From Eledone cirrhosa (lineage: Eukaryota), in NCBI GenBank assembly GCA_964016885.1, contig OZ024746.1, positions 31,930,001 through 31,994,000 of the forward strand: DNA of 64,000 nucleotides, written 5' to 3'. The notes under the pieces were generated by a model that worked only from the letters and a program-made list of their open reading frames with translations, was not told where the DNA came from and made no database searches. Made by a program: the position numbers and the translations under genes. This document shows, piece after piece, positions 1 through 14,420 of the stretch (position 1 is its first letter; each line of letters begins with the position of its first letter).

Positions 1-514
1 CCTGTATAGATAAGAAATGTATAATCTGTAAATTAAGCCCCCATATTAACTGTAAAACTAGAAATGTAGTATATAGCATAAGATGTACTGAAAGACAATG
101 TAGAGATAAAAATATAGTGTACATAGGTGAGACAGCTCGTAGTATAGGGGAACGGATAAATGAACACTGGCGAGACCTTCAAGATAGTAAAGAATTATCT
201 GTACTTACCAACATGCTAAAATAGAACATAAGGGTAAATTAGAGAACATAGAAATAAAAATAGAATCTACACACAGAAAAGAAGCAATGTTTAGACAAAT
301 CACAGAGGCAATAAACATAAATGAACTCCAACCAAAATTAAATAGAAAACATGAGTGGAACAGCAACATCACAACTTACAATTAAGGACATAATGAAAAC
401 ACACATGCACATAGAACAAACAACCAACCAGTAACATGTAAATAAACAAATAAATAAACGAATATAAACACATAGACACCCGGATGTGGCGCATGCGCAG
501 ACTGAGCACACAGC

Positions 515-845
515 ACACACACAGAAACAAGATGGCGTCGGACAGAACAAAGGAGAGGCACAAAAACAAAGAAAAGAATCCCCAGTCACTGAAGAGGTCA
601 CAGAATGTGTGACGAAAGAACTTTGACAATATATAAACAACCATCTGGTTGTGGAACCAACCAACGAACCGGAAATTTATAAATTCCTAAATTTATAAAT
701 TTATTATAATAAATTGAAGTGAAAGTAACTGGTGCGTGTGTTTCTTATTGGCAACATGACCCTCCCAAAGTATAACAATATCGGTTTCAACACACGTTTT
801 CAGATAAAGAATCTTGCTAAACAAATTCAGAAACGAAATATGTAT
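515..845 (+). mobile_element. Penelope-like pseudo-LTR segment (inverted copy at 5700-6030)
   Basis: About 330 bp nearly identical to the reverse complement of 5700-6030. Contains a hammerhead-like motif and ends in (TA)n. A partial direct copy lies at ~6031-6095. Confidence 0.65.
585..627 (+). ncRNA. Minimal type-I hammerhead ribozyme-like motif
   Basis: GUCA-CUGAAGA-G-GUCAC(AGAAUGU)GUGAC-GAAA-GAAC-UU-UGAC: 4-bp stem I, intact core, 5-bp stem II, minimal stem III. Confidence 0.75.
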
Positions 846-1369
846 ATATATTTATATATATACTCTGTATATATATATATATATATATATACATATATAC
901 CGAATATATACATATATACTCTATGTATATATATATATATATATGTATACACAAACACACTCATACACACACATACACACATATATATATAGTTAAATGA
1001 AATAAACAAAACACAGGAGGCAATTTTTTCACAGTTATATTAGTTTCACGCTTGCATATACCTACATACATAAACATTGAAATGGTGACTAGGTTCGGTC
1101 TGGTGGTTACACAGCGCCCCTGTGTTCAATTTCCTGTGTAAAAATGTCTCCACACAGTCTTTATAGGAATTCCTTGGCCTTTTTTATGGATGAGGGTGGT
1201 GTTGCCGTGGGGGGGGGGGGGTATGGTAATGCGGGGGCTACTGAAAAGGGAGTATGTATGTGGTAGGGTGTTATGTAGGGTAATACTAAAATGTCGCCTA
1301 GATACGTCTGAGGAACATTTCAAATAATTCCTGAAAGACACATCTTGAAGATGTCGGTGTTTTTGTTGT

Positions 1370-1411
1370 TGGTCTTGATTTGTTGTTGTTGATGTTGTTG
1401 TTGGTCTTGAT

Positions 1412-1447
<36 letters not shown>

Positions 1448-1562
1448 GTCTTGATTTGTTGTTGTTGATGTTGTTGTTGGTCTTGATTTGTTGTTGTTGA
1501 TGTTGTTGTTGGTCTTGATTTGTTGTTGTTGATGTTGTTGTTGGTCTTGATTTGTTGTTGTT
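1370..1562. repeat. ~30-bp GTT-rich minisatellite
   Basis: Tandem gttgttgttggtcttgatttgttgttgttgat-like units. Confidence 0.85.
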
Positions 1563-3767
1563 TACGCTAGACCCGTTATAATTGAAGTACTAGGTTGTGT
1601 TGATGTAGTTGTTGTTGATAGTAGTGGTGGTAGCGGTAATGTTTGTTGTTGATGTTGCTGCTTTTGTAGGTGATGTTTGTTGTTGTTTAACCTCAGGTCA
1701 GCTGTGATCAAAGTACTGGCGTTGTTGTTTAACTCCAGGTCAGCTGTGATCGGGGTACTAGTGTTTAACCCCCATGTATCAGGTTATCTTGGAAAGTTAT
1801 TGGGTATACACTGAGTCCCTATCCCAGGAGAGAATTGTTTCGCATCTATTTAACATAATCTTAAACCCAAAGCTAAATACTGAACCTTAAATATTCCTCT
1901 AGAACTATGGGGTATTTACATAGATGTCTCCACGGGACCAGAAAGATAAGGAAGAAGATGCTTATCCACAAAATCTGCCATATTAAGTTGACGAAATAAA
2001 CATTGCCTTGGATTGGACGCCAGACTAATCACAAGTGACTTTTCTTGAAGATCTTGAATATTCTATTAACCACTCAGTACGTGATCTGAGCCCCATATAC
2101 TAATTTTTCCAGTTTAAATATAAACAATATACTCATGTAGTTCAAACCCTTCGATGATTTTTAAAACAAATTGCTAAACTCATATCGATATTTTACAGAC
2201 AATCACCTTAATTTTAATAAGACATTCACCAAAATTGTTTGGTTAATGTCTTATTAAAATTTATAGATAATACAGAGGCATTTAATCTGACACCCTAATG
2301 GCTCTGCCAATTCACCGTCTTTGATCAGAGCTAACCAGGAGCTAAACAACAACAACAACAATAATGTCTCGAAAAAATACATTTGAATATATTTATATTT
2401 GAGACGTGGGAGCCGGTTATATGGTTTCCCAGTGGTTTGGAAAAACTTAACAATTTTCTCATAACCTCAGGTCTTTATAATTAATCAAGAAAACACAATA
2501 TTCTTACTTTTACCTCTTCTTCTTTCTGCCACTCCACTTCCTCTTTCTCAGGCAGTGATTGTATGTAGGGTCGATTGGTGTATATAGTCTAATTATACCC
2601 ACATACAGGAGTGTGTGGGTCGGGGTGAAGAGGAAACTGTGGTGGATGTTGGACTGAATAACATATTGACTTCCAGTAAACAAGAAAGTTTCTACATTCA
2701 GAGTTGGAACTACCATTAAGGCCAACTAGGCAGCGACTTAGAGCACACAACCTCAGAGAGGTGCACTATTAAACTTTAAAGGATCACAGTGTTATATAAA
2801 GTTGTATAATTAAATTATATAACTCACTAAATATCTTCGCCCTGATTGAACAGACTTATGATCAAAGATACTCCAGTCTTGATCGTCCCGTTTTTATATG
2901 TTTTGTTTTATTTTGTTTTTCAGGTGCAGTACATTAACGATTACATTATCTTAAGCGTCCTTAAGTAATTAAAAAAGTAATTGGCACTGGCCTTCTTCCT
3001 CTTACTAAGTCATTAAAATATAATGATCGTCGTCCTTCCTCCCACTAAATCATTAAATGTAATGAGCGCAGCCATTTCTTCTCTTAAGTCATTTTAAAAA
3101 TCAATGGGCATTGTCTTTTCTCTTATTAAGTCATTAAAAAGTAATGGGCCTTGTCTCCCCTCCTCTTACGAAGCCATTAAAAATTAATGGACATTGTCTT
3201 TCCTCATATTAAGTAATTAAAAACTAATGGGCCCTGTCTCTCCTCTTACTAAGCCATTTAAAAAGTAATGGTCGCTATCTCTCCTTCTCTTATCCAGCCA
3301 TTAAAAAGTCCTCAACACTTCCCTTCCTCCTATAGTTAAGTCGTTAAAAAGTCATAGTTCCAGCATGTTTCTGCATGTCTACTTAAGTATTCTGCATTCT
3401 GGCGTCTATAAATGAAGTGTGTGTGCGCGAGTGAGGGGAGGGGGTAAGCGTTTATATTTTCTTAGTCAAAGAACTAAAAGTAACAAGACTAAATTAGTAC
3501 TCAATACCTATTCATTTGTTTAAGCTGTAGAGAACGTAATTATTATAATAGCTTTTAGTACAGCGAAAATGTTCTTATTTCACTCAAAAGAGATCTTATC
3601 TATCAATCTATTTATATATTTAATTTTTGATAGCGAGGCTACCATATGTTTATTGTAAATAAACATATAGTATATGGTTTCATATACACCCCTATTATGC
3701 TTAAATGCTGTCTTAGTGCTACTGCCATATACTATATATCCACACACACATATATATATATATGTAT

Positions 3768-3814
<47 letters not shown>

Positions 3815-3883
3815 CACACACACACATATATATATAACTATATATGCAACACACACAAACACATATATATAACTATATATGCA

Positions 3884-3932
<49 letters not shown>

Positions 3933-4193
3933 TGTGTGTGTGTATACAATTCCTTTCTCTCGCATTATTGTTCTGTATTTACAATAGAAAGGCAAAACAG
4001 GTATAGGGGAATGGGGTGGCGTTGTGGTGGTTGTGGGGGTGGCGTTGTGGTGGTTGTGGGGGTGGCGTTGTGGTGGTTGTGGGGTGGGTGGGGGGGTGAT
4101 ACCATGAAAGATGTCAAACAGATTCAACATAAAATATCTAAACATATGAATGTTGGGGAGAGAAGAAATAGTCAGAGCTTCTGAATGAGTGGG

Positions 4194-4224
<31 letters not shown>

Positions 4225-5128
4225 GGAGAGAGGAGCAGAAAAGGGGTAGGGGGTAGGGAAGAGAGGGAAGGGAAGGGGGAGTTGTGAGAAAGAGGGGGTG
4301 AGATAGGAGATAGAGTGGGAATAGAGAGATGAAGAAAAGAGGAGAGGGAGAGACTAAGAATAATAGTTATATTGTTACTGATGTGAATGAATAATTCTGG
4401 GCTGTTTTGTGGAATGTTAGGGTTTTACATTGTATGTTGTACAACTGCTTTAGACTGCTCCCTTTACTGTAATGGTGGGGGAGTGGAGGAGGAGACTGAG
4501 TTCTGTATACTCCCTTGGTTGGTGAGTGGAGGAGAGGGGTCTGGCCTCCATACTCCTTGGTTGGTAAGTGGAGCAGGAGTGTGACTTCTCTATACTCCAT
4601 TTGTATGGTAAGTGGAGGAAGAGACTGACTTCACCATACTCTCTTGGTGTGGAGAAGAGAGGTCTGACTTCTCTATACTCTTTTGGGAGTAAGTGGAGAA
4701 GGGAACTGACTTCACTTTACTCCCTAGGTGGGTGAGTGGAGGAGGAGACTTACCTCCACACTCTCTTGGTGAGTACCTCCACATTCCCTTTGTTGGTGAG
4801 TAGAGGAGGGGACAATTTCTCTTCATTGTAAGGGTTGGTGTGTGGAAGAAGAGGAAGGTATGTGAGATGTAGGGTCAGGCATTCCCGATTTCTTGACACA
4901 ACATCCGGTTGAGAGAGACAGAGAAGAAAGGAGTTGTTAGATGTCAAAATAAACAGTAAATAGTTGGAGTTGTCAAAGAGAAGACCTGGTCCTTAAATTA
5001 CTGCCCATCAAATATGAAAGGGCAGAAAATAAACAACGCTAAAGACAGATGGAACTTTATTTCTGAATAAAACTTCAAACTTCAAATTGGTTTGTATAGT
5101 ACACACAAGCATATATATATATATATGT

Positions 5129-5185
<57 letters not shown>

Positions 5186-5208
5186 CAGACACATATATAT
5201 ATATATGT

Positions 5209-5339
<131 letters not shown>

Positions 5340-5699
5340 CTTTGATAATTTGTAATATATTTTACATAGATCACTAATAGAATGACTCATACGGAGAACT
5401 ACCCCCCAGAAACGATCGTAAAATAATGAGTTTTACTATGAATTTTGTTTAATTTCATTGTTTTCGCTATTTGTATTATTTTGACTCTGCTTCCAATGAA
5501 TTATATCGTTAAAATTTTGTATTTTAAACTTTGCTTCACGACATCTACATACGGATTACATTGAGTTCTTCATATGGCTTAGACCCTACCATTAATTGGT
5601 GGATTTATCTGTATATAGAAGGATTTAAATAGTTTTAAACTAATGAGACCATTATTCGGCAGAGTACTTAATACTTGGGATAGTAGAGTATATATGTAT

Positions 5700-6095
5700 A
5701 TATATATATTTCGTTTTTGAATTTGTTTAGCAAGATTCTTTATCTGAAAACGTGTGTTGAAACCGATATTGTTATGCTTTGGGAGGGTCATGTTGCCAAT
5801 AAGAAACACACGCACCAGGTGCTTTCACTTCAATTTATTATAAATTAAATTTATAAATTTAAGAATTTATAAATTTCCGGTTGGTTGGTTCCACAACCAG
5901 ACGATTGTTCATATATTGTCAAAGTTCTTTCGTCGCACATTCTGTGACCTCTTCGGTGACTGGGGATTCTTTTCTTTGTTTATGTGCCTCTCCTTTGTTC
6001 TGTCCGACGCCATCTTGTTTTTGTGTGTGTTGAAGTGAAACAACTGGTGCGTGTATTTCTTATTGGCAACATGACCCTCCCAAAGCATAACAATA
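5700..6095 (-). mobile_element. Penelope-like pseudo-LTR, inverted copy of 515-845 plus a short flipped segment
   Basis: Reverse complement of 515-845. Its hammerhead copy at 5918-5960 has CCGAAGA in place of CUGAAGA. 6031-6095 repeats ~715-780 in direct orientation. Confidence 0.65.
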
Positions 6096-6344
6096 TATAT
6101 ATATATGTGTGCGTGTGCGTGTGCGTGTGTGTGCATGTGTGTGCATGTGTGTGTACGTGTATTTACTAGAAAGGAACCCCTGAGGGGCAGGTGTTATTCT
6201 GTGGTCATAAATGTACAGCAAGATGGTATTTGTGCAATTTGTCGTTTGGGCGCTAGATTAAATTCATTGGTATTAATTCCGGTTCACATTATCCTGAGGT
6301 CAACTACGTTTTTCATCCTTTCAAGGATCGATAAATAAACTACC

Positions 6345-6640
6345 AGTCTTCTTCTTCGCCCACATATTCCTGGGAAGATCGTGGTGGTGGAGTCCTCAAG
6401 CACACCTTCCAGTGAGTCCTATCAGAAGCAACTGTCTCCAATTTATCCGGCTAGATCTCCAAGTGAGCCCAGTCAAACTCATAGATATTATCCAACGATC
6501 TTGCTCAGAATCTAACGCTGGGTCTCCTGCCAGTTGGTTTTGTCCGTAAAATCTGTCCAACGATGCTTTCCTCAGACATTTTGACTACATATCCGTAGTA
6601 TTGGAGCTGTGGTCTCTCAATTCGGAGAAGTAGTGGCTCT
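6345..6640 (-). mobile_element. RTE-like LINE 3' end fragment
   Basis: Minus-strand decayed translation LLRIERPQLQYYGYVVKM...PTGRRP...LDNI...VASDR..W, followed by a (GAA)n tail. Same family as 10790-10965. Confidence 0.65.
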
Positions 6641-8895
6641 ATCTGATAATGAGATCCTGGTTATATATTATAGGATTTTTCAACCCAGAAAAAAATAGTT
6701 TATTGTTTTGTTTTGTTTTTTTCCTGATTTGCCACATATGGCATCTCTTGGTGGATATTCTCTGCCGTCTGTCTATACACACCCACCCTGGTCCCCACTC
6801 CCACACAAAACACTTCTGAGAAGCTGCAGCTAAAATAGCTTCCTGTTCGCTGTTCTGGTTTGCGACAGCAATACTATTTATGAGGATTCCCTGATTATAA
6901 ACACTAACATCCTTTAACGCTTTCATTACCATATTTCTAACGAGACATTGCCTAAGATTTTCAACTCATCTTGAAAATAATCAAGAATTTGGAGAGATTT
7001 AGTAATGTGGGGGGGGGGGAGATGGATTGATAACGTTGGTAGAGCGGCGGGCAATTGTTGGTGGGGGTGGGGATTAACAGTGGTGGTAGAGCAGTTGAAA
7101 ATCATGGGCGGGGTGACATTGTGGGTAAGGTGGCGGACAATCGTGGGGATGGGGGTGGGGTTACATTGTTAGTAGAGTAGCGGACAATGATGGGGTAGCG
7201 GTGGGGTGACATTGTCAGTAGAGTGGCGACAATTGTGAAGGTGGGGTTGGGGTGACATTGTCAGTAGAATGGCGGAATATGATGGGGGTGGGGTGACATT
7301 GTCAGTAGAGTGGCGGAATATGATGGGGGTGGCGGACAAAATGCTTTGTGGCATTTATTTATGACTTTTAAGTTGAAATCCCGCCAAGGTCCACTTTGCT
7401 TTTCATCCAACGCAGGTCGATAAAATAAAGTACCAGTAAAGTACTGGGGTCGATATAATCGATATTCTCCCTCCCCCAATATTTGTGGCCTGTTCTTATG
7501 CTAGAAATAATTAATGAATGTTCGTCTACAGATCATACGACGTTTCCTTGTGATATGTATGAACAACAGGAGATCTACACACCAAAGACAATAAACTGTC
7601 GTAAGAAGTCATAAGACTATTATAAGACTGTCATAGGACTGTCATAAGACTGTCATAGGAATGTTACATGACTGTCGTAAGATGACATACCAATGACTTT
7701 ATTCAACATACAATGCGATATCTTAACATCCGGCTTAAGTAAATGGGATCATTGTCCTATTACGTGATAAACCCAATTTTTAAAGAACTCATAATCACAT
7801 GAAGATCTAAGACAAAGTGCTTCGTAAACATATTTCTTGACGACAAATAAATAACTTTCTTTCTTTAGAAAAAAATGTTCAATTAAAACAGAAATACCAT
7901 TAAATTGTTTAAATGATGGAAATATCGTTATATTGATCTGATCGGGTAATGGTTTTCAATTTAGGCACAAGGCCAGCAATTTTGGTGGAGGGGAGAGTCG
8001 ATCACATGCCACTTATTACTTGATTGGGTCTATATTTTATCGACCCTGGAAGAATAAAAAGCAAATTGAACCCTGAACGTAAATTTGGCGGAACAAATAC
8101 TCTCCCCACGGCACCGATATTGTTCAAATATAAATATATATATATATGAGCAACTGAGAGTACAAAATTCTCCTCAACGACATGAAGCCGGTCCTTCGTA
8201 GGGTTAATCTCACAGCTACTGGTACTCGCTTTCAACTGAGTTGACTGGAGCAACGTGAAATGAGGTGTTTTGTTCAAGGACACACCGCGCCACCTGGTTT
8301 AGGAATCAAACCCACGACATTATGATGGTAAGTCCAACACCTTATCCACAAGAACACGTGCCTTCATACACACACACACACAAATACGATGTTATCCAAA
8401 TGTGACATCAAAAACCAATGCAGCTTAGCACCAGTGTTGTCGCAATTCAGGGAATCAAAGACATCTCCTTACGATTGGGAGCACCACACTTTAACTATTA
8501 AGCCACGTTCCTTCAGCCTTATAAAAAATATCTAATTAAATACGATATATTTGAAGAATTAGCCTTCAGAGAACTACGCCATTTGTGTCAGTGAATTTGT
8601 TTATTTCCCAGAAGTAAACCAAAGTTGTTTACATCTGGAATCTTGGCATTGTGCCAACAATTAATGCTGTAATTATAATTAGAAACATCAGTCACTGCAC
8701 TCAAGAATTCTTTGCGTTCGTTTTTTATTCGGTTTGGAATAAAAGAATAAACTATATCGATCTTTAGATATTGGAGGAAAACGGTAATTGGAACTGAAGT
8801 TTTGTTCGAAGATTTATTTCTTTTTTTAAATTATACTATAGGAAATGTGTACGTGTGTGTGTTGTTTATATTTGTGTGAATTTATGTCAACACAT

Positions 8896-8954
<59 letters not shown>

Positions 8955-9417
8955 TATATATTGGTACTCTTGGGTTTCCAATAATAATGCTGCCCCCCCC
9001 CCTCCGCTCTAGTATGCATATATATAATATGTGTGTGTGTGCGTGTGCGCGTGCGCGTGCGTGTGCGTGTGTGTGTGGGTGGGTGTGGGTATATTGATTA
9101 TTCTACAGTAAATTAAAATCAATACAGTTACAATGGGTTTCAATAACTTCAGTTTCACCACCTCTGGGTCACGGGTTCAAATCCGATAAGAGATAGTTAT
9201 TACCTTTTATAGTGATGTGGGGGTGCGAGTTGTTACTGTAGGTGTTGCTGTTGTTAGTGTTGCTGCTATTGTTGTTGTTGTAGTAGTTGTTGCTGTTGTG
9301 GTTGTTATTGTTATTGTTATTTTTTATGTTGTTACTGTTGGTGATATTGTTGCTGCTTTTTGTTGATATTGTTATTGTGGGTGTTGTCGATATAGTTTTT
9401 GTTAATAATGTAGTGGC

Positions 9418-9474
<57 letters not shown>

Positions 9475-9824
9475 TTGTGCAGTATATGAGAAAAGGAGGT
9501 AGTGTTGCAATGGTAGATAGATAGTAGATATGCTTCTTTATTAGCCACAAGGGCGCACAAGAAAAGGGGACAATACAAAGACATGCCGGGGATTTTACAT
9601 ACAGTCGTGTGAAAATATAAAAACAAACAATTACATCAAATAGATAGATAGGCAGACAGACAGACAGACAGATAGATAGATAGGAAGTAGGTAGGTAGGT
9701 AGGTAGGTAGGTAGGTAGGTAGGTAGGTAAGTAAATAGGTAAAAACATAGATAAGCTATGCTATATAATCTACACAACACTTTATGATATTGTGTGTACT
9801 GTAGCTACCTATATAGACCAGGAT

Positions 9825-10300
9825 ATATAATTCATTCAACACTATAGACCAGGGTATATAATACCCTCAACACTATATAATATTATGTATACTAGACCAG
9901 GGTATATAATTTACTGAACACTATAAACCAGGGTATATAATCCATTCAACACTATATAATATTATGTATACTAGACCAGGGTATATAATTTACTGAACAC
10001 TATAAACCAGGGTATATAATCCATTCAACACTATATAATATTATGTATACTAGACCAGGGTATATAATTTACTGAACACTATAAACCAGGGTATATAATC
10101 CATTCAACACTATATAATATTATGTATACTAGACCAGGGTATATAATTTACTCAACACTATAAACCAGCGTATATAATCCATTCAATACAATATATAATA
10201 TCGTGTGTACTAGACCAGGGTATATAATACCCTCAACACTATATATTATTGTGTGTACTAGACCAAGGTATATCATTTACTCAACACTATATAATATTGT
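9825..10300. repeat. 79-bp minisatellite built from two related subunits
   Basis: ctagaccagggtatataatttactgaacactataaaccagggtatataatccattcaacactatataatattatgtata recurs at 9892, 9971, 10050 and onward. Confidence 0.9.
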
Positions 10301-10789
10301 GTGTTCTGTTGCTACTACTACATTCACAAATATTTGTGGTTTGCAAACTTTCCCCTTTGTTCACCTGTTGCATTCATTACACCGAGTGTATGTGTTTGTG
10401 TCTGCGTGTATGTGCGTGTGTGTGACTATGAGTTTGTGTGCGCATGTATATGTGTACGTGTGTATCTGTACAGATTGGCAGCAACTGAGCATAAACATAT
10501 ATATATATATATATACTTTAGATAATTTTAGATCCATACCTAAAATTTAAATTAAAACTTTATGTAAATTCATTATAAATACAATAACAACGACTATATT
10601 GATCTCTAAATACAATGAGAATGACTATATTGAACTGAAAGTCGAGTGGATGTGTTTCATTGATAACATTCTCTCTTGTCAAATAATGTATACCCTGAAA
10701 AACAAAACAGCACCAGGAACCACGACTCGCTGCAGTTTCTCTTAATATTTCCATTTACATATACATTACAGGAATATATAAATATTTTA

Positions 10790-10965
10790 CAATCAGAGGA
10801 AGACAACGAGCAAGATGGTTGGATAACAGCCACAAGTTCGCCTGGTCTCGCTTGGTGATCCAGCCGGATCAATTGGAGACGGTTGCTTCTAATAGGACCC
10901 TCATGATGGCGTATCTGAGGACCTTGTCCCCACGGCCCTCTCAGGACGAAGAAGAAGAAAAAGAA
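10790..10965 (+). mobile_element. RTE-like LINE 3' end fragment
   Basis: Translation RGRQRARWLDNS...QLETVASNR, followed by a (GAA)n tail. Homologous to 6345-6640. Confidence 0.6.
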
Positions 10966-10978
10966 ATAGAACAAGTAT

Positions 10979-11024
<46 letters not shown>

Positions 11025-11025
<1 letters not shown>

Positions 11026-11525
11026 TTCTTTATTGGCCACGGGGGCCGAAACATTAAGGACGCTACAAATGAACAGAAACAGTCAGGTTTACATAAACCG
11101 AGTGAACAGAAAAGAAAAGGTGACAAAGTAACAAGAAAAAATAATAATAACAAAATTCCCTAATAGTGGGGAGAGAACTCCACTCAGGGGTAATTTAGGA
11201 ACCACACAGATCCGAAACCTCCCCGATCACCAAGTGCATAATAGGAAAGTGCCCCTCTTCCCTCTTTAACCAACAGGAACATGTTTAGAGTAGGTTCATT
11301 TATCTGGACCATCCTCGTTACATTCACCCAACTTTTAATAAATGTACTGAGGCGAACACTTCCCTCTCCATCCTCACCTTCCTTTCCAAATAGAATTTGA
11401 AAAAGTCGATGAGGGCTTGGCTGAAGAAGAAAGTGTCCGTTGTTTAGCTCTCCCAGTCGCGTTCGCCATACTTCTTTCGTCATAGTCACTAGACAGAAGA
11501 AAACTACCTGCCCTTCCCAGCCAAA
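11025..11525 (-). mobile_element. 5'-truncated L1/Tx1 LINE 3' end
   Basis: ORF 11184-11573 (EGQVVFFCLVTMTKEVWRTRL...WVNVTRMVQINEPTL) matches the C-terminus of ORF 37846-38472. Minus-strand AATAAA abuts the (AAT)n tract at 10981-11025. Confidence 0.8.
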
Positions 11526-11544
11526 AGTAGGTGGCGGGGCGATG

Positions 11545-12270
11545 ATAATAATAATTGTTTCTACTTTAGGCACAAGGCCAGCAATTACTCAGTGCATTAC
11601 TGGTACTTTATTTTATCGACCCCAGGCACAAGACCAGCAATATAAGGGGAGGGGAAAGTCGATTAAATCGATCCCTGTACGTTACTGATACTATATTTTA
11701 CTGACCCCGTAAGGATGAAAAGTTAAACCAGTCTCGGCCGGATTTGAACTCAGAATATACAGAGCCGGAAGAAATACTTCAGAACGTTTCTCCTGATACA
11801 CTAACGATCGATTCTGAGATACAGGCAAGGAAGGGGCTAAACGATGAAATCGACCCCAGTTCTTGACTGGTACTATATTTTATCGACCTCAGATAGATGA
11901 AACTCAAAATAATAATAATAATTGTATCTACTTTATGCACAAGGCCATAAATTTGGGACGAGGAGATATGTTGATTAAACCGACTACAGTATTTCACTGG
12001 TACTTTATTTTATCGACCTTAGAAGGATGAATAGCGAAATAATAATAATAATTGTTTCTACTTTAGGCACAAGGCCAGCAAATGACCCAGTGCATTACTG
12101 GTACTTTATTTTATAATAATTGTTTCTTATATAGGTACAAGTCCAGCAATTCTGAGGGAGAGGAAAGTCGATTAAATCGACTCCAGTGCGTGACTGGTAC
12201 TTTATGTTATCGGCCCCCGTACGGATGAAAGGCAAAGTGAACCTCGGCGCGATTTGAACTCAGACCGTAA
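11545..12270 (-). mobile_element. Cluster of tRNA-derived SINE copies
   Basis: Several copies of aattgtttctactttaggcacaaggccagcaa...ctggtactttattttatcgacccc...gaactcag, separated by (AAT)n tails. Confidence 0.85.
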
Positions 12271-12942
12271 ATAATAATAATAATAATAATAATGTTACTT
12301 ACTCGATGTAAAAACTGCAATAAAAAGGGTTGCACAAAACAGCAAACTTTGGTAATCCATGTTTGTAGACAACAAAAACCAGTGCTATTTGCTTTGTTTT
12401 TTGTTTTTTTTACCTTATTTTAAAATCTAGGGCAAACCCTGAGCTCCCTAGTTTATAGCAACTGTCAGATTATACACACCAAAGTTTTGTGTAGGTGTGT
12501 GTATATATATAGATATAAATATATATAGAGGTTTGGTGTTAGGGTTTGTTTCTTTCAAATGTACATTTAAGAGGGAGAAATGAAATGTTTGTATGTTCTT
12601 TCTCAGCACCCTATCATCATTTCACAGCAAAATGACTTGGGTGTATTTCGTAGTGTTGTTGTTGGTGTTGTTGTTGCTGCTTGCGTGAATAATGTGTGGT
12701 GTGGGGGAGGAAACAGGAAAATAGAATCGTTGGTTCGTCTGTTGGGCGTCTTTCTTCTCTGCCTGCTTCAGTAAAACTAGCAATGACACCCTCCTAAACA
12801 TACCACTCTTTCCTTCTTTCTTTCTTTCCTTCCTTCCTTTTCTCTCTCTTTTTTCTATCTCACCCCCTCTCTTTCTCTCAATCTATCCTTCTTTTTCCCC
12901 TCACTTGTTTTCTTTCTCTCTACTAGTTGATATAACTCACAT

Positions 12943-12979
<37 letters not shown>

Positions 12980-13134
12980 ACAAATTCACACATACATATA
13001 CAATGTCATTAGATGATATTTAATAGTCTTGCTGCTGTTGTTATTGTTGTTGTCATTGTTGTAGTTGTTATTCTCATTGTTATTATCGTTGTTGCTGTCA
13101 TTATTGTTGTCCTTGTTATTATTGTTGTCCTTGT

Positions 13135-14420
13135 TATTGTTGCTTTCCTTGCCATTGTTATTGTAGTTGCTGTCTTGTTGCTTTCCTTGCCATTGTAGTT
13201 GCTGCCTTGTTGTTGCTTTCCTTGCCATTGTTATTGTAGTTGCTGCCTTGTTGTTGCTTTCCTTGCCATTGTTATTGTAGTTGCTGCCTTGTTGTTGCTT
13301 TCCTTGCCATTGTTATTGTAGTTGCTGCCTTGTTGCTTTCCTTGCCATTGTTATTGTAGTTGCTGTCTTGTTGTTGCTTTTCTTGCTATTGTTGTTATTG
13401 TAGTTGCTGTCTTGTTGTGCTTTCCTTGTCATTGTTGTTATTGTAGTTGCTGTCTTGTAGTGCTTTCCTTGCCATTGTTGTTATTGTAGTTGCTGCCTTG
13501 TGGTGCTTTCCTTGCCATTGTTGTTATTGTAGTTGCTGCCTTGTTGTTGCTTTCCTTGCCATTGTTATTGTAGTTGCTGCCTTGTTGTTGCTTTCCTTGC
13601 CATTGTTATTGTAGTTTCTGTCTTGTTGCTTTCCTTGCCATTGTTGTTATTGTAGTTGCTGTCTTGTTGCTTTCCTTGCTATTGTTGTTATTGTAGTTGC
13701 TGTCTTATTGCTTTCCTTGCCATTGTAGTTGCTGCCTTGTTGTTGCTTTCCTTGCCATTGTTATTGTAGTTGCTGCCTTGTTGTTGCTTTCCTTGCCATT
13801 GTTATTGTAGTTGCTGCCTTGTTGTTGCTTTCCTTGCCATTGTTATTGTAGTTGCTGCCTTGTTGCTTTCCTTGCCATTGTTGTTATTGTAGTTGCTGTC
13901 TTGTTGTTGCTTTCCTTGCTATTGTTGTTATTGTAGTTGCTGTCTTGTTGTTGCTTTTCTTGCTATTGTTGTTATTGTAGTTGCTGTCTTGTTGTTGCTT
14001 TCCTTGCCATTGTTGTTATTGTAGTTGCTGTCTTGTTGTTGCTTTCCTTGCCATTGTTGTTATTGTAGTTGCTGTCTTGTTGTTGCTTTCATTGCCATTG
14101 TTGTTATTGAAGTTGCTGTCTTGTTGCTTTCCTTGCCATTGTTGTTATTGTAGTTGCTGTCTTGTTGTTGCTTTCCTTGCCATTGTTGTTATTGTAGTTG
14201 ATGTCTTGTTGTTGCTTTCCTTGCCATTGTTGTTATTGTAGTTGCTGTCTTGTTGTTGCTTTCCTTGCCATTGTTGTTATTGTAGTTGCTGTTTTGTTGT
14301 TGCTTTCCTTGCCATTGTTGTTATTGTAGTTGCTGTCTTGTTGCTTTCCTTGCCATTGTTGTTATTGTAGTTGCTGTCTTGTTGCTTTCCTTGCCATTGT
14401 TGTTATTGTAGTTGCTGTCT
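13135..14420. repeat. ~39-45-bp minisatellite array
   Basis: About 30 units of ttgctttccttgccattgtt(gtt)attgtagttgctg(t/c)cttgttg. Confidence 0.92.

Noticed and set aside
1126-1341. Possible PLE reverse-transcriptase remnant (..HKKGQGIP..)
   Set aside because: Only a few residues resemble the motif, which is insufficient without a profile search.
2210-2261. AT-rich hairpin with 17-bp arms
   Set aside because: Real but isolated and low-complexity. No family or function can be supported.
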